DNA of 64,000 nucleotides. Origin: Gammaproteobacteria bacterium (GTDB lineage Bacteria; Pseudomonadota; Gammaproteobacteria; Burkholderiales; JAHFRG01). The stretch lies in NCBI GenBank assembly GCA_041495205.1, contig JBGQCF010000004.1:22118-86117 (forward strand). The letters are read 5' to 3'. The translations under genes were made by a program, and so were the position numbers. Below the pieces are notes generated by a model that was given only the letters and a program-made list of their open reading frames with translations, was not told where the DNA came from and searched no databases. Numbering within the stretch: position 1 is the stretch's first letter; the number at the start of each line of letters is the position of its first letter. Shown in pieces: positions 57,161 through 64,000 of this stretch.

Positions 57161-58153
57161 TTAGCAGTAACCGTTCGCGCGGAACCACTCCACCGCATCT
57201 TTCAGCGCTTCCTCCACCGGCCGCGGGTTATAGCCCAGCTCGCGCCGCGCCTTTTCAATCGAGAAAAACATGTATTTTTTCGAGAGCCGCACGCCGTCCA
57301 CCGTGGCACGCGGCTCGGGGCCGTCGGTCAACCACGCCCAGGCTTCGGAAAGATAGGCAATCGGCAGCACCAGATTGTGCGGGAGCTTCACACGCGGCGG
57401 TTTTTGTCCTGAAATCCTGGCGACCCCGGTCAGAATCTCCTGCAACGTCATGTTGCGCCCTCCGAGGATATAACGCTCGCCCACCACGCCGCGTTCAAAA
57501 GCAAGCAAGTGTCCCTGCGCCACATCGTCCACATGCACCAGGTTGAGCCCGGTGTCCACATACGCCGGAGTGCGCCCGCATGCCGCATCCAGCACCATGC
57601 GCCCGGTGGGCGTGGGCCGGATATCGCGCGGGCCGACCGGAGTGGAGGGATTGACGATTACCGCGGGAAGTCCTTGCCCGTCAGTCATGCGTTTCACCTC
57701 GGCTTCCGCAAGGAACTTCGAGCGCTTGTAATGTCCGATCATGTCGTTGAGCGTGACCGGGGTATTTTCATCAGCGGGACTGCCATCGGCATGCAAACCC
57801 AAAGTGGCGACGCTGCTGGTGTAAACGATGCGCTTAACGCCGGCTTTGAGCGCGGCCTGCATGATATTCACCGTGCCCGCGACATTGCTTTGATAGAGCT
57901 GCCGCGGGTGGCGCGCCCACAGCCGGTAATCCGCGGCGGCATGGTACAAGGCCGTGCAACCTTCAAGCGCGCGCTCAAGCGAGCCCTTGTCGGCAAGATC
58001 GCCCAAGGCGATTTCTACGGGCAGGCCCTCGATATTGCGGCGGTCGCTGGTCGGGCGCAGCAATACCCGCACCTGATGTGCGGCAGCGATGAGTTTGCGC
58101 ACCAGCGCCGAGCCGACAAAGCCCGATGCCCCTGTAACCAACGTGCAAGCCAT
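57161..58153 (-). CDS. hpnA: hopanoid-associated sugar epimerase
   Basis: 330-aa extended SDR (VTGASGFVGSALV, YxxxK in YKRSK), located in the shc cluster. Confidence 0.8.
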   Translation of the reverse strand: MACTLVTGASGFVGSALVRKLIAAAHQVRVLLRPTSDRRNIEGLPVEIALGDLADKGSLERALEGCTALYHAAADYRLWARHPRQLYQSNVAGTVNIMQAALKAGVKRIVYTSSVATLGLHADGSPADENTPVTLNDMIGHYKRSKFLAEAEVKRMTDGQGLPAVIVNPSTPVGPRDIRPTPTGRMVLDAACGRTPAYVDTGLNLVHVDDVAQGHLLAFERGVVGERYILGGRNMTLQEILTGVARISGQKPPRVKLPHNLVLPIAYLSEAWAWLTDGPEPRATVDGVRLSKKYMFFSIEKARRELGYNPRPVEEALKDAVEWFRANGYC

Positions 58154-58187
58154 TTGCTTAAAATCCGTTTAATTGAATTGACACTTA

Positions 58188-58462
58188 GGAACCTCTGATT
58201 AAGTCCCACGTGATTGCGACGGAGGCTTTCCGGGATGGGATGCGCGAAGCGAGGCGCAGCCAATGGCCACTCCCCTTGGCAAGCCGAGCGACAAAGCAGA
58301 CCGCCCAGAAAGCCCCGTCCCTCCGGGTTGCGGTAAAATGCGGCGTCTGCGTCGTTGCGCTCCTCGGCATCGTAGTCCCGGCTACAACCTTCGTCGCGCG
58401 CCTCGCGTCCATCCGCATTTTACCTGCAACGCAATCCGCGGAGGACTTAATCAGAGGTTCCC
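58188..58462. mobile_element. MITE-like element, copy D (about 275 bp)
   Basis: GGAACCTCTGATTAAGTCC at 58188-58206 is the reverse complement of 58443-58461. TA occurs on both flanks, and the right TA belongs to the hpnG TAG stop. The interior is an imperfect palindrome related to copy C. Confidence 0.7.
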
Positions 58463-59214
58463 TACTCAATGCCTAAGCTTGGCCCCGCCAGCGTTGCCAC
58501 AATTGACAATGTCTTCTGTGCGGCGCGGAATCCGCGGCCAAGCGTTATCAGCGCAGGCAACTCTGCGGGATGGGCCAGCAAGGATGCGACGAGCGGCAAA
58601 ACCTGCAGCCGTCCATAGGCATCGACTGCGGACAGCGCGCTCGAGGGAACCTCGGCCGCCGCATGATCGGCGATGACGCGAATCGCCATGAAAGGCACGC
58701 CTGCTTGGTGCGCCACTTGCGCCACCGCCGCGCTTTCCATGTCCACCGCCGCCGCACCGACGCGTTTTGCCAAAACTTGTTTTTGTGACGGATGAGTGAA
58801 GACCGAAAGGCTTTCCTGCAGGGTTCCATTGCTTATCGCGACATGTCCGGCGACGCGACCTTGAAGCCGGTTGCGCCATTCGCTATTCACTGGAAATACG
58901 CTTTGATCTGCGCCAATCACCTGTTGCGGCAGCACCAGGGTTCCGGCGCTGAGCATGGGATCGAGTCCCCCCGCAATGCCCCAGCTGAGCAAGGCGGTCG
59001 CCCCCGCGTCCAGCAATGATTGCGCAGCGTGCAGCGCTTTTCCCCTGCCGATGCCGCAAAGCTGAATCCAGCCTGCGGCATGGTGCAGCTCAACTCGCTC
59101 ATCCGGCGTAAGCTTGCGACCGACCAGGCAGCGCGCCTCAAGCGGCAGCGCGGCGACGACGCCGATCACGCGCCGTGGCGATTGTGCAGGTTGTAATAGC
59201 GCGCCAGCGCCCAC
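58462..59214 (-). CDS. hpnG: hopanoid-associated phosphorylase/nucleosidase
   Basis: PNP/UDP-family pattern (VAALPLEAR...VDMESAAVAQVA) directly downstream of shc. An alternative GTG at 59169 gives a GTGA overlap with the shc stop. Confidence 0.8.
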   Translation of the reverse strand: MGAGALLQPAQSPRRVIGVVAALPLEARCLVGRKLTPDERVELHHAAGWIQLCGIGRGKALHAAQSLLDAGATALLSWGIAGGLDPMLSAGTLVLPQQVIGADQSVFPVNSEWRNRLQGRVAGHVAISNGTLQESLSVFTHPSQKQVLAKRVGAAAVDMESAAVAQVAHQAGVPFMAIRVIADHAAAEVPSSALSAVDAYGRLQVLPLVASLLAHPAELPALITLGRGFRAAQKTLSIVATLAGPSLGIE

Positions 59215-61136
59215 AACGGGAAGAATTTGTCGTAGCCGTGATACTTCAAAAAGAAGACCCGCGGGAAGCCGGGCGCGGTAAACCCGGGATCATTCCACAA
59301 GCCATGCGCCTGCTGGGTGCGCAGCAGAAATTCCACGCCGCGCGCAACTTCAGGGGAATCCACTTCGCCGGCCGCAATCAGCGCGAGCACCGCCCACGCG
59401 GTTTGAAACGCGGTGCTGGAATCGGCCTGCCCGGCTTTTCCCGGATTGAAGTAGGTGTCATTGCCCTCGCCCCATCCGCCATCCGCGCGCTGCAGGCGCC
59501 TCAGCCACTCGACCGCACGGCGGATATAAAGCTGGTCAGGCGATTCGTGAGCCAGTTCCAGCGCCGCCAGCACTGACCAGGTTCCATAAATATAATTGGT
59601 GCCCCAGCGTCCGAACCAGGAGCCGTTCTTTTCCTGCTCCTTGCGCAGGAACTCCAGGCTGCGCTTCCATACCGCCTCGTATTTGCCAAGCGGGGCCAGA
59701 AAAGCCATGCAACGTCCGCTCACATCGCTGGTAGGCGGGTCGAGCAGCGCGCCGTGATCGGCAAACGGAATTTCGTTAAGGTAATAACAGGTATTGTCAA
59801 CATCGAAAGCGGCAAAGCCGCCGTTCTTCGATTGCATGCCGCACACCCATTCGGCGGCACGCCGCAACGCCTCCCCATAGCGCTCTTGATCAATTCTGTG
59901 CATCGCCCAGCCCACCGCGGCGGTGTCGTCAATGTCCGGATAAAAATCATTGCCGAACTGGAACGGCCAGCCGCCGCCCTTAAGCTGCGGCCTCGAATCG
60001 CGCCAGTCGCCGGGCGCATCCAGCAGTTGCCGTTTTTCGAGCCAGGCAAGCGCGCGCAGAATTTCCGGGGTTGTTAGTTCACCCGCCGCCTGATGTAAGG
60101 CCAGGCAAGACAGCGCGGTATCCCATACCGGTGATGTGCAAGGCTGGCAGTGCGCGGAATTTTCCTCCACCACCACCAATTTTCTCAGCGCTTCCTTGGC
60201 AGTCACGCGATGGGAATGATCGGCAGGATAACCCAGCCAGGCGAGCGCTTCATGCGCGTTGACCATCGCCGGGAAAATTGCGCCCAGGCCATCAGTGCCG
60301 TTGAGCCGCTCGATAATCCAGTGCTCGGCTTTTTTTATGGCGTAGCGGCGGATAAAACCGGGGATGACCGGCTCCAGGAACTTGCACAGGCGTTCAAAAC
60401 GCAGCAGGATGCGGTTCAAACGCGACCTGAAAGGGAAATAATTTTTCTCCTTTTCCGGCGGTGTGGTGAACAATTCGCGGATATTCACTTGCTGAGGATT
60501 CTTGGCGCGCGCCTTGAGGCTGCATAGAATCGCCAGCGGCACCATCACCGTGCGCGACCAGTAAGACACCTTGCTCAAGTGGAAAGGGAACCAGCGCGGC
60601 AGCAGCATGATTTCCACCGGCACCATCGGTATGCCGCGCCACGGAATTTGTGCAAACAGCGCCAGGGTTATACGCGTGAACACATTGCAGCGCGCAGCGC
60701 CGCCTGCGGCAAGAATGGCTTCCCGGGCTCTGGCCATATGCGGTGCATCGGGACTGTCGCCTGCCAGCTTCAAGGCGTAATAAGCCTTCACCGAACAGCT
60801 CAAATCGAACCCGTCGCCAGGGTACAACGCCCAGCCATCGTGGGGCTGCTGGTGGCTGCGTAGATACACCGCGATCTTGGCCTGCAGCCCGGTATCGATT
60901 TCATCCATGAAATGCATCATCAGGATGTACTCGGCGGGTATGGTGCAGTCCGCTTCCAGCTCGAAGCACCAATAACCGTCTGCGTGCTGCAGCGCAAGCA
61001 GAGCATCGCGCGCCGCGCTGATCGCCTGCCACAGCGACGCGCTGCGCGTTCCGATGGAACGCACATTGGATTGTTCCCTTGCCCTGGCCCGGGAGTTTGC
61101 GCTGGATGCTAATTCGATGTAGTTCTGATCAAGCAT
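59166..61136 (-). CDS. shc: squalene-hopene cyclase
   Basis: 656 aa with multiple QW repeats (DGGWGE, NGGFAAF) and the DxDDTA catalytic motif (DIDDTAAV). Confidence 0.95.
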   Translation of the reverse strand: MLDQNYIELASSANSRARAREQSNVRSIGTRSASLWQAISAARDALLALQHADGYWCFELEADCTIPAEYILMMHFMDEIDTGLQAKIAVYLRSHQQPHDGWALYPGDGFDLSCSVKAYYALKLAGDSPDAPHMARAREAILAAGGAARCNVFTRITLALFAQIPWRGIPMVPVEIMLLPRWFPFHLSKVSYWSRTVMVPLAILCSLKARAKNPQQVNIRELFTTPPEKEKNYFPFRSRLNRILLRFERLCKFLEPVIPGFIRRYAIKKAEHWIIERLNGTDGLGAIFPAMVNAHEALAWLGYPADHSHRVTAKEALRKLVVVEENSAHCQPCTSPVWDTALSCLALHQAAGELTTPEILRALAWLEKRQLLDAPGDWRDSRPQLKGGGWPFQFGNDFYPDIDDTAAVGWAMHRIDQERYGEALRRAAEWVCGMQSKNGGFAAFDVDNTCYYLNEIPFADHGALLDPPTSDVSGRCMAFLAPLGKYEAVWKRSLEFLRKEQEKNGSWFGRWGTNYIYGTWSVLAALELAHESPDQLYIRRAVEWLRRLQRADGGWGEGNDTYFNPGKAGQADSSTAFQTAWAVLALIAAGEVDSPEVARGVEFLLRTQQAHGLWNDPGFTAPGFPRVFFLKYHGYDKFFPLWALARYYNLHNRHGA

Positions 61137-61201
61137 TCCACTTTCTCCGCACTACAGAATCCCTTCCTCGTTTTTCCGGAAAATTATTTTTTGCGTCCAA
61201 T

Positions 61202-62251
61202 TTACAATGAAGCGGCGCGCGGCAGGCCGAGCACCGTCATGTTGAATAGCCAGCGTGGCATGGTGTCGCTGCCTATGGTTAAATGCGTCGCCAGTATTGT
61301 CGCCTTCACTGCGCGCCGCGATATTTTTACTTCATTGCCCGAAGTAAAGGCGCGGTTCGCGCTGATCTTGCGCAAGGTGAGCACCGCCATGCCCAGCGCC
61401 CAGAAGCAGAACTTGCGTATGCCTGTTTCATGCTTCGGAATGAGCAGGGTGTAAATCAGCGCATTGCGCAGATGGGCATGGGCGATTGCAATCAATTTTT
61501 CCAGCCCCGCGCCAAAAGCAGAATCGTGGCAATCCTTGGACAAATTCCGCAAATCGAAACCGCACTCTCGGAAAACATCCTGTGGCAGCCAGCACGCTCC
61601 GCGGCTGCGGTCTTCCCAAATATCTTTCAATATGTTGGTCATTTGCAGACCCTGGCCGAACGAAGTTGCCAATTCTAACATTCTTTTGCGGTTTTTTCCG
61701 ATTTCCCCGGAGTAATCACAAAACAGTTCGGTGAGCATTTCTCCGACCACGCCGGCAACGTGGTAGCAATAGCTGTCAAGCTGCGGCAGGTCCTTTAATC
61801 CGTACGGGCTCGGATTTGATTGGAACATCGCCATGCCATTGGCCATGATTTGGACACAGCGCTGCATCGCCGCGCGCTGATTATCGCTGAAGCTGTGGGT
61901 GATGCGGATGACTTGCGGTGTGTTCCTGATCAGGTCTTTTTCTGCTTCCGGTGTATGCTCCGAAAGCAATGGATAAAATTCTGCGGCAAATGTTTCCGCC
62001 GGCACTTCGCCGGCAACGACTTTGATGAATTGCCGCGAGAAATGGCGCTTCTGCCCGGCGCTCAAGGCGGGTTCGTCTTCAATGGTGTCGGCGATGCGGC
62101 ACAACAGGTAAGCATTGCTCACCGGCTTGCGCAGGCCCGGCGGCAGCTGGGGGATGGTGAGCGCAAAAGTTCGCGACACTCCCTGCAGGATATGGTCCTG
62201 ATAGGCTTCGCCGCAAAGCTGACCGCTCTTATCACGCTGCCATTCAGGCAT
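61202..62251 (-). CDS. sqs: squalene synthase (single-enzyme, farnesyl-diphosphate farnesyltransferase type)
   Basis: SRTFALTIPQLP, Asp-rich CRIADTIEDE, and a second motif region (NILKDIWEDR). ATG at 62251 preferred. Confidence 0.8.
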   Translation of the reverse strand: MPEWQRDKSGQLCGEAYQDHILQGVSRTFALTIPQLPPGLRKPVSNAYLLCRIADTIEDEPALSAGQKRHFSRQFIKVVAGEVPAETFAAEFYPLLSEHTPEAEKDLIRNTPQVIRITHSFSDNQRAAMQRCVQIMANGMAMFQSNPSPYGLKDLPQLDSYCYHVAGVVGEMLTELFCDYSGEIGKNRKRMLELATSFGQGLQMTNILKDIWEDRSRGACWLPQDVFRECGFDLRNLSKDCHDSAFGAGLEKLIAIAHAHLRNALIYTLLIPKHETGIRKFCFWALGMAVLTLRKISANRAFTSGNEVKISRRAVKATILATHLTIGSDTMPRWLFNMTVLGLPRAASL

Positions 62252-62485
62252 GTTTTTTTCCTTGTCGTTCGTTGTCTTGCAGCATGGAGATGGGGATTTC
62301 CATCTTGAAGGCACTCATTTTAGCTCAAATCACCGGGCCGCCGCGTCCGCATCGCCTGTTTCATGAAATAGCGTGTCCTGCGCAGCCGAAAGCAGGGTCA
62401 ATCATGCTAAAATCCGCGGCTGGCAACAAATATTAGTGCAAGGAATGGCATCATCGCCACATTTACCTTAATTGCTTTCGCAATC

Positions 62486-63595
62486 ATGCTGGCGGCGCTT
62501 GCTTATCTCGTCTATGCCTTGCGCTGCGTCATCGCCTTCGGCGGCCGTCAACCCAAGCAAAGCGAATATTGTCCCGCAGCTACCCTGCTGAAACCGGTTT
62601 GCGGCATGGAACCGGAATTGTATGAAAACCTGCGCTCGTTCTGCGACCAGGATTACCCCGATTATCAGGTGGTGTTTGGCGTACGCGATGCACAGGATCC
62701 AGCGATCACAGTCATTGAGCGCATCATCAAAGAATTTCCTCAGCGCGATTTGTCGCTGATCGTGGATGAAACGGTGATCGGCGCCAATCTCAAGGTTAGT
62801 ATTCTGGCCAGCATGTACCGGGCGGCGAAGCATGACCTGCTGGTGATCGCCGACAGCGACATGCGTGTGGAACACCACTATCTTCGGGCGGTGGCTGCGC
62901 CATTCGAAGATCCGCAGGTGGGTGCGCTCACCTGTCTTTACAAGGGCACGGCGGCGGCCGGACTGCCATCGCGATTGGGCGCGATGTTTATCAATGATTG
63001 TTTTGCCCCTTCGGTTCTGGTCGCTCTGTCATTCCAGGAATTGCGCTTCTGTTTTGGCGCGACCATGGCGGTCACCCGCAAGGCGCTGGAAGCAAGCGGC
63101 GGATTTCCCGCGCTCGCCGACCAGCTCGCCGATGACCACATGTTGGGCAAGCATGTCGCACAACAAGGACTTAAAGTGATACTGCCCGCCTATATGGTGG
63201 AAAACAGGGTCTGGGAACCTAATTTCAGAGCGCTGTTCCAACATGAACTGCGCTGGGCTCGCACTATACGCGCAATGCAGCCGGCAGGTTACGCATTTTC
63301 CTTCATCACCTATCCGGTAGCGGTTTCCCTGCTGTTTTTGCCGCTCGTGCCTGCGGCCGCGGGGTTAACGGCCGTGGCTGTTTCGGTTATACTACGCGTC
63401 TTGCTGCACCGGGCGGTGCACACCAGTTTCCGTATCCGCGGACCCGCTACGCCCTGGCTTGCGCCCGTCCGCGATTTGCTCGGTTTCCTGGTGTGGGCGG
63501 CAAGTTTCTTCGGCCGCAGCGTTGAGTGGCGGGAACAGCAGTTTTTGGTCCGCTCCGACGGGCAGTTGATGAACAAAGGAGTTCGTAATCCATGA
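62486..63595 (+). CDS. hpnI: hopanoid biosynthesis-associated glycosyltransferase (GT2, ceramide-glucosyltransferase-like)
   Basis: 369 aa with GT2 motifs (TLLKPVCGMEP, IADSDM, QELRWART). Followed by hpnJ with an ATGA-type overlap. Confidence 0.8.
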   Translation: MLAALAYLVYALRCVIAFGGRQPKQSEYCPAATLLKPVCGMEPELYENLRSFCDQDYPDYQVVFGVRDAQDPAITVIERIIKEFPQRDLSLIVDETVIGANLKVSILASMYRAAKHDLLVIADSDMRVEHHYLRAVAAPFEDPQVGALTCLYKGTAAAGLPSRLGAMFINDCFAPSVLVALSFQELRFCFGATMAVTRKALEASGGFPALADQLADDHMLGKHVAQQGLKVILPAYMVENRVWEPNFRALFQHELRWARTIRAMQPAGYAFSFITYPVAVSLLFLPLVPAAAGLTAVAVSVILRVLLHRAVHTSFRIRGPATPWLAPVRDLLGFLVWAASFFGRSVEWREQQFLVRSDGQLMNKGVRNP

Positions 63596-64000
63596 TGAAA
63601 ACCCTGTTTCTGAATCCTCCGTCGTATGAAGGATTCGATGGCGGCGCCGGCTCACGTTATCAGGCGCGGCGGGAGATCCGCTCGTTCTGGTATCCCACTT
63701 GGCTCGCCCAGCCTGCGGCACTGGTGCCCGGCAGCAAGCTCATTGACGCACCCGCGCGCGGCCTGTCGCTCAACGATATTCTTCCACTTGCCAACGATTA
63801 TGAACTCGCCATTCTGCATACCAGCACGCCCTCTTTTGAATCCGACGCCAAAGTCGCCGAAGCGCTGAAGGCAAAAAATCCCAAGCTCATGATTGGCTTC
63901 ATCGGCGCACACGTGGCGGTGCAATCCGAGCTTTCGCTTATGCATTCGCCCGCGATTGACTTCGTCGCGCGCAACGAATTCGATTTTACTGTCTACGATG
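63592..64000 (+). CDS. hpnJ: hopanoid biosynthesis-associated radical SAM/B12-binding protein (5' part, runs off window)
   Basis: Open frame not in the ORF track because it has no stop. It reads MMKTLFLNPPSYEGFDGGAGSRYQARREIRSFWYPTWLAQPAAL..., the conserved HpnJ N-terminus. Confidence 0.8.
   Translation, partial: MMKTLFLNPPSYEGFDGGAGSRYQARREIRSFWYPTWLAQPAALVPGSKLIDAPARGLSLNDILPLANDYELAILHTSTPSFESDAKVAEALKAKNPKLMIGFIGAHVAVQSELSLMHSPAIDFVARNEFDFTVYD

Noticed and set aside
62441-62488. The hpnI N-terminal hydrophobic helix seems to continue upstream of the first ATG (in-frame ...IIATFTLIAFAI-MLAALAYLVYAL).
   Set aside because: There is no ATG, GTG or TTG in that upstream stretch. Invoking an ATT or ATC start is speculative, so the ATG at 62486 was kept.

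Overview
This is a roughly 55-60% GC chromosomal window. Gene content and synteny look betaproteobacterial, possibly Nitrosomonadales-like, but that is inference only because no searches were possible. All product calls come from motif and family recognition in the supplied translations.

Most of the window is housekeeping:
- proC-yggT, maf-rng, and rlmH-rsfS-nadD
- pyruvate dehydrogenase aceE-aceF, and phaC
- a complete Pho regulon block (pstSCAB-phoU-phoBR) with a Pho box
- apaH, dgkA, tpx, gcvH, prmA, accBC, aroQ, and tlpA-dsbD-cutA
- hemCDXY next to an AlgZ/AlgR-like two-component pair, with argH divergent
- prmC-prfA-hemA
- ispG followed by a hopanoid cluster (hpnA, hpnG, shc, sqs, hpnI, hpnJ)

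The accessory or unusual content is:
1. An integron-type gene-cassette array without an integrase (about 47.0-49.2 kb). It has two well-formed attC-like sites and three promoterless cassettes: a small lipoprotein, a Rap1a-like secreted protein, and a PD-(D/E)xK nuclease fused to an unknown domain. It ends in a degenerate attC and an IS3 OrfA stub.
2. Four roughly 270-280 bp TA-flanked MITE-like elements in two subfamilies. One abuts the yggT stop codon and one abuts the hpnG stop codon.
3. A decayed arsenic-resistance islet (arsR-arsC-acr3 plus gene fragments and two tRNA 3'-half relics) lying 3' of tRNA-Arg(CCG).
4. An AT-rich MT-A70 methyltransferase at the left edge.
5. A monocistronic small secreted Cys-rich peptide with NACKG repeats.

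No rRNA genes or CRISPR arrays were seen.
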